From an uncultured Gemmatimonadales bacterium (GTDB lineage Bacteria > Gemmatimonadota > Gemmatimonadetes > Gemmatimonadales > Gemmatimonadaceae): DNA of 64,000 bases. Below are positions 12,177 through 21,307 of this stretch, piece by piece; position 1 is the stretch's first letter, and the number at the start of each line of letters is the position of its first letter. Both the position numbers and the translations under genes were made by a program. The stretch lies in assembly GCA_963701965.1 (NCBI GenBank), contig OY969695.1, positions 3,968,001-4,032,000 of the forward strand, in the 5' to 3' direction. The notes beneath the pieces were generated by a model. It was not told where the DNA came from. It saw only the letters and a program-made list of their open reading frames with translations, and made no database searches.

Positions 12177-13297
12177 AGGGGGGGGGATTTGGTCTTGGCG
12201 GGAGCGGGATGGGACGTGCGATAGAACGGGAGCGCCGTCACCGTGGCCGGCACGCGCCGGCCGCGAATGTCGATCGCGATGGTCGCGCCATTGGGCATGG
12301 CTTTGGGCACATACGTGGTACCGATGCCGAAGCCCAAGGTCGGGCTCATGATCCCACTGCGAACACAATCGATGACCGCGTCTCCCGAGAGCACGCCGTA
12401 CCCGTGGCGCGGGATGGCGCGGTCCACGAGACGAAACCCGGCCAGCCGTCGCGTGACGCCGGCCGCCTTCATGGCCACGAGCGCCTCGCGTCCGACGAAT
12501 CGGGGTTTGTCGAGCTTGGCGACCCACGACAGGTTCGCTTCGATCGGCGCGATCGTCTCGTCGATGTCGTTGCCGTAGAGCGCGAGCCCGGCCTCGAGGC
12601 GCAGGGAATCGCGGGCGCCCAACCCGGCCGGTGTCACATCCGGGTTGGCCACGAGGGCATCCCACACGGCCACGGCACGCCCCGCATCGAAGTACAACTC
12701 GAAACCGTCTTCGCCGGTGTACCCGGTCCTCGAGAGCAGGACCGGCGCGCCCGCGACATCCGCGTGCGTGAAGTGATAGTAGAGGATCTCGTCCAACGGC
12801 GCGGCCGTGAGCGTGCGCAGCACGCGGGCCGCCTCCGGTCCTTGGATCGCCAAGAGCGCGATCGTGTCGGAGACATCCTCGATCGCGCAGTCGAAGCCGC
12901 CCTGGAACCGCGCGATGTGCGCGATGTCTTTGGCCCGGTTGGAGGCATTCACGACGAGCATGATGCTCGACTCGAGACGATAGACAAGGCAATCGTCGAC
13001 GATCGTGCCGTGCTCGGTCAAGATCGTCGAATACTGCACTTGGCCCGGACTCAGCCGGCGCACGTCGTTCGATGTCACGAAGTCAGCGAACGCGACCGCG
13101 TCGGGACCCGTCACCATGAATTCGCCCATGTGGCTCACGTCGAACACGCCACACTGGGACCGAACGGCGAGATGTTCGTGGGTCATGCCCCGTGGGTACG
13201 AGACCGGCATGTCGTACCCCGCGAACGGGACGATTTTCGCGCCAAGCGCGACGTGCCGCTCATGCAGCGGCGTTCTTTTGAGCCCCTCTTCTGACAT
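12173..13297 (-). CDS. gcvT: Aminomethyltransferase (glycine cleavage T protein)
   Basis: [45 protein letters not shown]. Confidence 0.95.
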
Positions 13298-13449
13298 GCG
13301 TAAACAAGATGTGGGCCGCACGATCGCGAAACCAGTGTGGATGATCGACCGGACCGATCACTTCCGCAGCCCACCGCCTAAGTCGTTTGTATTTCGAAGT
13401 TTGCGCAAAACCGTCGGCTGGGGATGGAAATTTGCGTTGGGCGAAATTG

Positions 13450-14706
13450 ATGGATTCGCTCCTCTCCCTCAGCGCGCTTGGCCAAAAGCTCCTGACGACC
13501 GAGGACGAGCGCACGCTGGCGCGTGCCGTCGCCCACGCGGGCGTCGTGCTCCTGGCGGACGTGTGCCTGGTCGATGTAACGGACGCCGATGGGATGGTGC
13601 GTTGCGTCGCCACCGGCCACACCGATCCCGCCCGCGCCGAGATCCTTAAGTGTCTGGCGGAGCGATCCCGGGACCGCGGTCGCGTTTCGCCGCACCTCCT
13701 CGACATCACGCAACCCATCGTGCACGAGGTCGCCTCGGAAGTCCTCCTCAGCACGCTGGCATGCAACGACCGCGAGCTCGCCGCGCTCCTGGGCGAAGGT
13801 GGTGTCTCGTGCATCGTGACGCCGCTCCTGGCTGGTCACGGCCGGCGCGTGGGCGTGCTGACGTTGCTCGCCGGCGCCCAGCGGGGCCCATTCCAGGACC
13901 GGGATGTCGTCGTCGCCAAGGACATCGCGTGGCGCGCCGCGATCACGATCGACGCGCTCCGCATGGCGGCCGAGACGCGCAAAGCCGCGCGACGGGCCGA
14001 CGAGGCGAATCAGGCCAAGACGGACTTCCTGGCCACGATTTCCCATGAGCTACGCACGCCGCTCAACGCCGTCCTGGGATACACGGATCTCCTCTTGGGC
14101 GGCGTCCCGGCGCGTCTCTCGCCCGCGGCGCGGGCGCACGTCGAGCGCATCCACGTCGCCGCCCGCCAGCTCACCCAACTGATCGAGGAGGTGCTCTCGT
14201 TCACGCGCCTCGATGGGGAACGCGAGCGCGTGCACCTCGCGCTGGTGGAGCCGGCGACATTGCTGCGCGAGGTCGAGACCATTTTGCGACCCGTCGCCCA
14301 CGCCAAGGGCCTCGAGCTGGCGACGGCGCTCGACGCGGGCGCGCCGGCGTTCGTGACGGACGCATCCAAGGTCCGCCAGATGGTCGTCAACCTCGTGACC
14401 AACGCGGTCAAGTTCACCGACCGGGGCCGCGTGACCATCACGCTCCGCGCCGACGGCCAATCGGTCGGCATCGACGTGGCCGATACGGGCGTAGGCATCG
14501 AGGCAGCGTACCTCGAGGACATCTTCGATCCATTCTGGAAGATCCACTACCGCCCGACCGTGGAGGGCGGTACCGGCCTTGGCCTCACGGTGACCCGCCA
14601 ACTCGCCCGGTTGCTGGGCGGGGACGTCTCGGTGACCAGCATGCCCGGTCTGGGGAGCACGTTCACGATTCGCCTCCCCATGAGAAGTTTACCCGCGCGG
14701 CGCTAA
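13450..14706 (+). CDS. GAF-domain sensor histidine kinase
   Basis: GAF-like N-terminus; H-box ISHELRTPLN, N-box NLVTNAVKFT, DTGVG, GGTGLGL; start uncertain. Confidence 0.88.
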   Translation: MDSLLSLSALGQKLLTTEDERTLARAVAHAGVVLLADVCLVDVTDADGMVRCVATGHTDPARAEILKCLAERSRDRGRVSPHLLDITQPIVHEVASEVLLSTLACNDRELAALLGEGGVSCIVTPLLAGHGRRVGVLTLLAGAQRGPFQDRDVVVAKDIAWRAAITIDALRMAAETRKAARRADEANQAKTDFLATISHELRTPLNAVLGYTDLLLGGVPARLSPAARAHVERIHVAARQLTQLIEEVLSFTRLDGERERVHLALVEPATLLREVETILRPVAHAKGLELATALDAGAPAFVTDASKVRQMVVNLVTNAVKFTDRGRVTITLRADGQSVGIDVADTGVGIEAAYLEDIFDPFWKIHYRPTVEGGTGLGLTVTRQLARLLGGDVSVTSMPGLGSTFTIRLPMRSLPARR

Positions 14707-15086
14707 GAGCGCCGGCGCCACTCGTCCATCCGCCGTCGATCCTTTTTCGTTGGCCGGCCCTCGCGCTCGTACGCCGGCGTCGGCGACGCACGGAGCTGCG
14801 CGGCGAGCTGCGCGCGCGCTCTAGCGCTTTCCGCGGTTTCCTCGTACAGGGCCGCCGCCTCGGCCGCCGGGCCGCGTCGCTCGGATAACCCGCGGACCAG
14901 GATGACAGTCTCAAAGGGTGGCTGCCTGACGCGCACGTGGTCGCCGAGGGTCAGCGCTTTCGCGCGTTTGGCGCGCTCGCCGTTGACCTCGACGCGCCCA
15001 CTGTCGATCGCCTGGACCGCCAACGTACGGGTCTTATAGAACCGGGCGGCCCATAACCACTTGTCAAGCCTTACTTTATCGTGCAT
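14703..15086 (-). CDS. hslR: Ribosome-associated heat shock protein Hsp15 (S4 domain)
   Basis: VRLDKWLWAARFYKTR...GRPTKKDRR. Confidence 0.92.
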   Translation of the reverse strand: MHDKVRLDKWLWAARFYKTRTLAVQAIDSGRVEVNGERAKRAKALTLGDHVRVRQPPFETVILVRGLSERRGPAAEAAALYEETAESARARAQLAAQLRASPTPAYEREGRPTKKDRRRMDEWRRRS

Positions 15087-15101
15087 GGTATATTTACCGC
15101 G

Positions 15102-16388
15102 ATGACTGCCACCGCTTCACTGCCGTCCATAGAACACGCGCTGTTCCCGTCGGCCAATCAGACGGCCGCGTTTCGCCTCAATCTCGGTCGGAGTGAGCTG
15201 CCGCGCCAACGATTGCGGCCCGACGCGGAGATCGGCGTCCTCGACATTACCAAGTGGTTTGGTGATACGTCGGGCGGCGTCCGCACGTACCTGCTCCAGA
15301 AAGCCCGGTACGTCGAAGCCCGCCCCGATCTGCGCCAGGTGCTCGTGATCCCCGGGGCGCGCGACTCGATTACGAACGGGACCGGGGTTCGCTGCTACCG
15401 CCTACGCGGGCCGCGCGTACCGACGCAGCGTCCGTATCGGTTCATGCTGGCGACGCGGTCCATCCGCCGCATCATCCATCATGAGCAGCCGTCGATCATC
15501 GAAGTCGGGAGTTGCTTCCTCGTGCCGTGGATCACGGCCCGGGCGGCCAAGCGGGCCGATGTGCCGATGGTGTTCTTCTACCACAGCAATCTGCCGCGCA
15601 GTGTCTGCGCGTTCCCGGAGAGCGCCTCCAGCTCCAAGCGCTACGCCCACGAGCTGGCGTGGAAGTATGTCCGCAAATTGGGTGGCCTGTTCGATCTGAC
15701 GATCTGCGCGTCGCGCTTCGCGGCGGCGGATCTCCAGAGCAACGGCGTCGAACGCATCGAGCGCGTGCCCCTCGGCGTCGACCTCGATCACTTCACGCCG
15801 TTCCGGCGCTATCAGGCCCAGGAGACGCGCGAAGCGCTGGGACTGCCCACGGACGCGCCCGTCGTGGCGTTCATCGGCCGCTTTGCCCGGGAAAAGGAAG
15901 TGGACGTTCTGGTGAAGGCCTGGCCGGAGATCGCACGCCGCACGGATGCGTACTTGGTCCTCGTGGGGGACGGACCCCAGCGCGAGTACCTGCAGGGGCT
16001 GGCCGAGGGCCACAAGCGCGTGCTCTGGATGCCGTACGAGAACGATCGGGAGCAGCTGGCGAACCTGCTCGCGGCCGTCGACCTGTTCGTCGCGCCCGGC
16101 TCGATCGAGACATTCGGTCTCTCGGCGCTCGAAGCGCTGGCCTCGGGGACGCCGGTGCTGTCGGCGAACCGCGGTGGCGTGTTCGAGCAGGTGGAGGGCT
16201 CGGGCGCCGGCGCCACGTTCGCAGCCGGCGACCCGGCGGCGCTGAGCGAGGCGGCGATCGAGTTGCTGCGCGCCGATCTGGCCACGGTGGGGATGCGCGG
16301 CCGGGTGTACGCCGAGCGCGAACATTCGTGGAACAGCGTCTTCGACCGCATCTTCGAGATCTACCGCGGGGTCTTGGCCACCGGTTAG
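15102..16388 (+). CDS. GT4 family glycosyltransferase
   Basis: SGGVRTY, GRFAREK, GDGP, ETFGLSALEALASGTPV. Confidence 0.9.
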   Translation: MTATASLPSIEHALFPSANQTAAFRLNLGRSELPRQRLRPDAEIGVLDITKWFGDTSGGVRTYLLQKARYVEARPDLRQVLVIPGARDSITNGTGVRCYRLRGPRVPTQRPYRFMLATRSIRRIIHHEQPSIIEVGSCFLVPWITARAAKRADVPMVFFYHSNLPRSVCAFPESASSSKRYAHELAWKYVRKLGGLFDLTICASRFAAADLQSNGVERIERVPLGVDLDHFTPFRRYQAQETREALGLPTDAPVVAFIGRFAREKEVDVLVKAWPEIARRTDAYLVLVGDGPQREYLQGLAEGHKRVLWMPYENDREQLANLLAAVDLFVAPGSIETFGLSALEALASGTPVLSANRGGVFEQVEGSGAGATFAAGDPAALSEAAIELLRADLATVGMRGRVYAEREHSWNSVFDRIFEIYRGVLATG

Positions 16389-16398
16389 CGGATCACCG

Positions 16399-17115
16399 GT
16401 GGCTCTTCTCGTCAGCATTCACGATGTGACGCCGGCCTTGGCCTCACGCGTCGAGACGTTGTGGGCACTCTGCCGGACCCGCGGCGTCACGCCTGCGCTA
16501 CTCGTTGTACCGAATTGGCACGGGGACTGGCCTCTCGAGCGGCATACCGACTTCATGCAGTGGGTACGGGCGTGCGCCGATGCGGGTGCCGAGATATTCC
16601 TGCACGGTGAGCGGCATGACGAGGTCGGCTCCCCACGGGGGTGGCATGATCAGTGGCGCGCATTCGGGAAGACGGCTCGGGAGGGAGAGTTCCTGACCCT
16701 CGACGCCCCGGCGGCCCGGGAACGGGTCGATCGCGGGCTGGCGCTCTTTCAACGACTGGGGTTAGACCCGGTCGGGTTCGTCCCCCCCGCTTGGCTCGCG
16801 CGCGACACCTGCGCCGGCGTCGTCGGCGCTGCTGGCCTGTGCTATTTCGAAGACGACTCGTCGGTCACACTCCTGCGCAACAACCGACGCTTGACCTCAC
16901 CGGTGGTCCGCTGGAGCGGACGTACGCCTCTCCGGGCCGCGGGATCGGTGCTCGTCGCGCAAGCGCGCTGGCGCGCGCAGCGCGCCGCGCCGATCATGCG
17001 CATCGCCCTTCATCCGGGCGATCTCGACCACCCAGCGACCGCGCGATCGGTCGAGACCGAGCTCGATCGCTGGCTGGCGGTACGCCCAGCCACGCGCTAC
17101 GGCGACCTGACCTGA
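16399..17115 (+). CDS. DUF2334 / polysaccharide deacetylase-like protein
   Basis: SIHDVTP, LLVVP, LHG.RH, EGEF, GFVPPAW, RIALHP.D. Confidence 0.8.
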   Translation: MALLVSIHDVTPALASRVETLWALCRTRGVTPALLVVPNWHGDWPLERHTDFMQWVRACADAGAEIFLHGERHDEVGSPRGWHDQWRAFGKTAREGEFLTLDAPAARERVDRGLALFQRLGLDPVGFVPPAWLARDTCAGVVGAAGLCYFEDDSSVTLLRNNRRLTSPVVRWSGRTPLRAAGSVLVAQARWRAQRAAPIMRIALHPGDLDHPATARSVETELDRWLAVRPATRYGDLT

Positions 17116-17121
17116 CGCACC

Positions 17122-18024
17122 GTGGTGCTGAGCACGCCCGTCGCGCATCTCCTCTGCCTCGGTCTCATCGCGGTCGACAACCTCACGCGCGCGTGGCGTA
17201 TCCAGGTGCTGGCGCGTGGTCTCCACACGCGGGTCCGATTTCTCGATGCGTTCACGCTCAACGCGGCCAGCGACGCTACCGCGGCGCTGACCCCGCTCCG
17301 CGCGGGCGGCGAGCCGGTACGATTCGCCGGCATGGTGAACGCCGGACTCAACGTGTCGGACACGATCGCGTTGATCAGCGTCGAGGGGATCATCGAGTGG
17401 TTGGTCGTGATCGTCGTGGGCGCATTCCTGGGATGGCGATTCGGCGGCGAATGGTGGCGCACCCAACAGCGCAGCGTAGGACCGCATTTGCGTCACGTTT
17501 TGTCCTGGATCCTGTTGATCATCGTGGGCGGCCTCGTCGCCTGGCTCCTCTTTCGGCGATTCCTGCCCCGCGTGTCCGTGCACGTCGGCGGCACGCTGCG
17601 GGACTCGTTGCGGTTGGCGCGCCGCATGCGCCCATGGGCCGTCGCCACGACGGTGCCGCTCACCGCGATCCATATCGTGGCCCGCATCCTCGTCCTGCCG
17701 GTCGTGGTGGGGACCCTCACCAGTCCACCGGCATTCGGCGCCGTCCTGATCGGCTCGTTCGCGCTCCTCTACGGCCAGAACTTCGTCCCGACGCCCTCGG
17801 GCGCCGGCGCGGTCGACTTGGGCTTCATCAATGGCGTGGCGGGCGACGTCGGACCCGAAGCCAGCTCCTTGTTGCTCATGTGGCGCTTTTATACGACGCT
17901 GCTCGGCATCATCTTGGGAATAGTCTTTGGCGTGCCACTCTACGCCGCCAAGGTACGCCGTTTTCTCCTACGGCGGCGCGATGCGCGCCGCACCGTTTTG
18001 CGTGACGACGACGCTCCAGGCTGA
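17122..18024 (+). CDS. Lysylphosphatidylglycerol-synthase TM / flippase-like membrane protein (UPF0104-like)
   Basis: RAWR, LTPLRAGGEP, PTPSGAG, WRFYT; multiple TM helices. Confidence 0.8.
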   Translation: MVLSTPVAHLLCLGLIAVDNLTRAWRIQVLARGLHTRVRFLDAFTLNAASDATAALTPLRAGGEPVRFAGMVNAGLNVSDTIALISVEGIIEWLVVIVVGAFLGWRFGGEWWRTQQRSVGPHLRHVLSWILLIIVGGLVAWLLFRRFLPRVSVHVGGTLRDSLRLARRMRPWAVATTVPLTAIHIVARILVLPVVVGTLTSPPAFGAVLIGSFALLYGQNFVPTPSGAGAVDLGFINGVAGDVGPEASSLLLMWRFYTTLLGIILGIVFGVPLYAAKVRRFLLRRRDARRTVLRDDDAPG

Positions 18025-19240
18025 CACCACCGCGACCGGCGCCGCGCCGGCGACCGCCCGGCCCCTGAGGCTGGCGCTCTTCACCGACACGTATCCGCCG
18101 CAGTTGAACGGCGTGTCGCGGACGCTGGAGCGTCTGGTGCGCGCCGTTGCCGACCGCGGCGGCGAAGCCCGCGTCTACACGACGACCGATCCCGAGGCCA
18201 CGCAGGTCGATCCGGCGATCTGGCGGCGGCCGAGTATTCCGTTCTGGGCCTACCCGCAGCTGCGGTTGGCGCCGCCGGTGGGCGGGCGCATCTACAATGA
18301 TCTCATGGCCTGGCGCCCCACGCTGCTCCACGCGGCGACGCCGTTCGGCATGGGTCTCACGGGACGGGCGTGCGCGCTGCGGTTGGGGATTCCGCTGGTG
18401 ACGTCGTACCACACGTCGTTCAGCGAATACGCGAAGTTCTATCGTCTCGGGCTCCTGAGCGGCCTGGGCTGGACGTTCTTCCGTTGGTTCCACAATACGG
18501 GGCAGCGGACGTACGTGCCGACGCGCGCCATCGCCGACGAGCTCCGGCCGTTCGGGTTCGAGCGCCTGGCCGTGTGGGGACGGGGCATCGAGACGGGCCG
18601 GTTCAATCCGCGGTTTCGGTCGACCGCCACGCGGGCGGAGCTCGGCGCGACGGACGACACGATCGTCGTGGCCTATGTCGGGCGCCTGGCCGCCGAAAAG
18701 GGCCTCGACGTCGCGCTCGACGCGATGCATCGCTTGCGGGGCGAGGACGTGATCTTCGCGCTGGCCGGCAATGGCCCCTACGCCGGGGCCTGCCGGCGCA
18801 AGGCACCGGCCGGCACGCGCTTCACCGGGCGCATCGTCGGCGAGGCGTTGAGCGCGTTCTACGCGTCGGCGGATCTCTTCATCTTTCCATCGACGACGGA
18901 CACGTTCGGCAACGTGTTGCTCGAAGCCATGGCCTCCGGTCTTCCCGTGATCGCCGCCGACGTCGGACCGACGCGCGAGCTCATGGCGCGGGGCGGGGGA
19001 GTGTTGATCCCGGGTGGCAATGGCGCCGCGCTGGCCTCGGCCATTCAGGCGCTCGCCGCGGACCCCGCGCGCCGGCGCCGGCTCGCCGCCGAAGGCATCG
19101 CCGCGGCCAGCCTATGCTCATGGGAGCACATCTTCGACGCGCTCGTCGCCGACTACCGGCGCGTGCTGGCCGAGCCCGTGATGCCGCCACCGCGGCGCGC
19201 GATCACGCGGACGACGACCCGTCCGCTGTCTCCACGCTGA
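18002..19240 (+). CDS. GT4 family glycosyltransferase (PimB/MgtA-like)
   Basis: FTDTYPPQLNGVSRTL, TSYHT, GRLAAEK, FPSTTDTFGNVLLEAMASGLPV; start uncertain. Confidence 0.9.
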   Translation: MTTTLQADTTATGAAPATARPLRLALFTDTYPPQLNGVSRTLERLVRAVADRGGEARVYTTTDPEATQVDPAIWRRPSIPFWAYPQLRLAPPVGGRIYNDLMAWRPTLLHAATPFGMGLTGRACALRLGIPLVTSYHTSFSEYAKFYRLGLLSGLGWTFFRWFHNTGQRTYVPTRAIADELRPFGFERLAVWGRGIETGRFNPRFRSTATRAELGATDDTIVVAYVGRLAAEKGLDVALDAMHRLRGEDVIFALAGNGPYAGACRRKAPAGTRFTGRIVGEALSAFYASADLFIFPSTTDTFGNVLLEAMASGLPVIAADVGPTRELMARGGGVLIPGGNGAALASAIQALAADPARRRRLAAEGIAAASLCSWEHIFDALVADYRRVLAEPVMPPPRRAITRTTTRPLSPR

Positions 19241-19409
19241 CGTCGGCTCGCCCGCTCGGCCGGTAACGGACGTGCAGGCGCCACGGCTGGCAGCAGACCT
19301 GGCAGTCCTCTTCGTACACCTGAAGTCGCGCGCCGCCCGGGTCGAGCCCAATGTGGTTTGGCTCCCCGCAATACGGGCACACAATCATGGCCTCGTCATC
19401 GCGCGTCAT
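19203..19409 (-). CDS. CPXCG-motif cysteine-rich small protein
   Basis: CPYCGE...YEEDCQVCCQPW. Confidence 0.85.
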   Translation of the reverse strand: MTRDDEAMIVCPYCGEPNHIGLDPGGARLQVYEEDCQVCCQPWRLHVRYRPSGRADVSVETADGSSSA

Positions 19410-19470
19410 GCTCGAACTTAACGCCAGGACGACGGCGGCGTCTCACGAGCGAAACTCTTTTGGAGGAAAA

Positions 19471-19968
19471 ATGTTTCGTTCGCCTTTCGTGGCTGGCATG
19501 CTCGTGCTGGCCGGTAGTTTCGCTGCGCTCCCGGTGGCGATGCGCGCGCAGGAAGCCAACCCGCTGACGTATACCAGCTCGGCGTCCACGCGCCACCCGC
19601 GGCATCACCGCGCGGCCCGCGCGCTCTTTCGCGGCGTGCACCTGACCGACGCCCAGCGCGCCTCGTTCCGTACCGTGCACGCCAAGTATTCGGCGCCAAT
19701 GCGTAGCGCGCGGCAAAACGGTGATCAGCAGACGCTGCGCACGCTGCGCAAGCAGCAGATCGACGAAATGCGCGGCATGCTGACGCCGGAGCAGCAGACG
19801 AGGTTCGACGCCAACCGCGCGGCGCTACGCGCCCGCGCGCAAAAGCATCACGCGAAGCAATCCGGCACGCAGCCAAGCGCGCAGCCGGACGGGCAACCGA
19901 GTGCGCAGCTCAACGCGCCGCCGGGTTCGCCGCCCAGTACGCAGCCGAACGCGCAGTCGAATTCCTGA
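19471..19968 (+). CDS. Spy/CpxP-like periplasmic chaperone
   Basis: RBS GGAGG; signal peptide; two LTxxQ motifs (LTDAQ, LTPEQ). Confidence 0.8.
   Translation: MFRSPFVAGMLVLAGSFAALPVAMRAQEANPLTYTSSASTRHPRHHRAARALFRGVHLTDAQRASFRTVHAKYSAPMRSARQNGDQQTLRTLRKQQIDEMRGMLTPEQQTRFDANRAALRARAQKHHAKQSGTQPSAQPDGQPSAQLNAPPGSPPSTQPNAQSNS
19858..19965 (+). repeat. Nine degenerate 12-bp coding repeats (Q/P-P-x-x tetrapeptides)
   Basis: QSGT QPSA QPDG QPSA QLNA PPGS PPST QPNA QSNS. Confidence 0.7.
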
Positions 19969-19982
19969 ACGATCCCTGCGCG

Positions 19983-20408
19983 CTAGTCGTCTCGCCGCCG
20001 CCGCTCCGCTTTGATCCGGGAGCGGCGGCGTTTGTCTTCGAGTCGCGCCGCAACCGAGGACGCGGTGGGTCGGGTGGCGCGCCGCGACTTGCGCACGGCC
20101 AGGGCCTGGCGGACGAGTGTGGCCAGCCGCTCCTCGGCGGCCTCGCGATTCCGGCGCTGGCTCCGCGAGTCGGCGGCGACGACGCGGACGTCGCCGCTCG
20201 AATCCACCCGCCCGCCGAGGCGGTCGCGCACCCGCTGGCGCTGCTGGTCATCGAGCGCCGTCGTCCGCAGCACGTTCCACACGATCTCGATCCGCGTCGA
20301 CGACGTGTTGACGTGTTGCCCCCCGGGGCCACCCGCGCGCGTCGCCCGCACGGTGAGCTCGGCGCGCCGGATCCGCACCGCGTCGGTGACCACGACGTCG
20401 TCGCTCAC
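19983..20408 (-). CDS. arfB: Alternative ribosome rescue factor ArfB
   Basis: RAGGPGGQHVN, RSQRRNR, RRATRP, basic tail; GTGA overlap with upstream gene. Confidence 0.92.
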   Translation of the reverse strand: MSDDVVVTDAVRIRRAELTVRATRAGGPGGQHVNTSSTRIEIVWNVLRTTALDDQQRQRVRDRLGGRVDSSGDVRVVAADSRSQRRNREAAEERLATLVRQALAVRKSRRATRPTASSVAARLEDKRRRSRIKAERRRRDD

Positions 20409-21277
20409 GACACGCGGGTCGCGCGCAGCACGCGAAGCGCGGCCACGCGCCGCCCGTCGATGGCAATGACCTCCAGTTCGCCATCGGGAAACGGCACGCG
20501 GTCCCCGATCTTCGGCAACCGACCGAGTTTGGCGAACGCATAGCCGCCGATCGTGGTCCATTCCCCGTCGGGGATGTCGAGATGGTGCTCCGAGCGCACG
20601 TCGATGAGCGACAGGAGTCCGGCCAGCTCCAGCACGCCCTCGAACTCGAATGAACGCCGCGTCGCCGGCTCGTCCTCATCGGCGATATCGCCGATGACCT
20701 GCTCGACGAGGTCTTCCATGGTGACGATGCCGGCGGTGCCGCCGTACTCGTCGAGCACGATGGCCATGTGGGCACGGCGCCGGCGCAAGTCGGTGAGCAC
20801 CCGCTCGGCGGGCACGGAGGCCGGCACATAGATCGCCTCGCGCAGCATGTCGCCGAGCACGAAAGGCGCCCCATCGTCCAGGGCCCAGAGATCTTTGGCC
20901 AGAAAGATCCCGACGACGTCGTCGAGCGACTCCCGGTAGACCGGATATCGGGAATACCGCTCGGTGCGGAGCACCGTCCGCACATCTTCGGCTGTCGCCT
21001 CGACCGGGACCGCGACGATCTCGGTCCGTGGCCGCATGACGTCGTGCGCCCGTTTGTGCTGAAAGTCGAGCACACCGCCGAGCATGCGCGAGTTGCCGGT
21101 CCGGGCCACGACGCGCCGCACTTCATCCGGCGACATGCCGCGCACCCACATGGCGGCCATGCGGCGACTGAGGCGCTGAGCCATATCCCGTGCCGCCGTC
21201 GCAATGGTGGCGACGACGGACCACACGACGTCGAGGAACGCGGCCCACGCCCGTCCCCGCCGAGCGGTTTCATTCAC
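20405..21277 (-). CDS. CBS-pair + CorC/HlyC domain protein (no DUF21 region)
   Basis: [50 protein letters not shown]. Confidence 0.85.
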   Translation of the reverse strand: MNETARRGRAWAAFLDVVWSVVATIATAARDMAQRLSRRMAAMWVRGMSPDEVRRVVARTGNSRMLGGVLDFQHKRAHDVMRPRTEIVAVPVEATAEDVRTVLRTERYSRYPVYRESLDDVVGIFLAKDLWALDDGAPFVLGDMLREAIYVPASVPAERVLTDLRRRRAHMAIVLDEYGGTAGIVTMEDLVEQVIGDIADEDEPATRRSFEFEGVLELAGLLSLIDVRSEHHLDIPDGEWTTIGGYAFAKLGRLPKIGDRVPFPDGELEVIAIDGRRVAALRVLRATRVS

Positions 21278-21307
21278 GCGGAAACCCTGTGCCGACAAGC
21301 TCGTCTC

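Noticed and set aside
13450..14706. Orphan GAF histidine kinase as a novel system
   Set aside because: Common architecture with no distinguishing context
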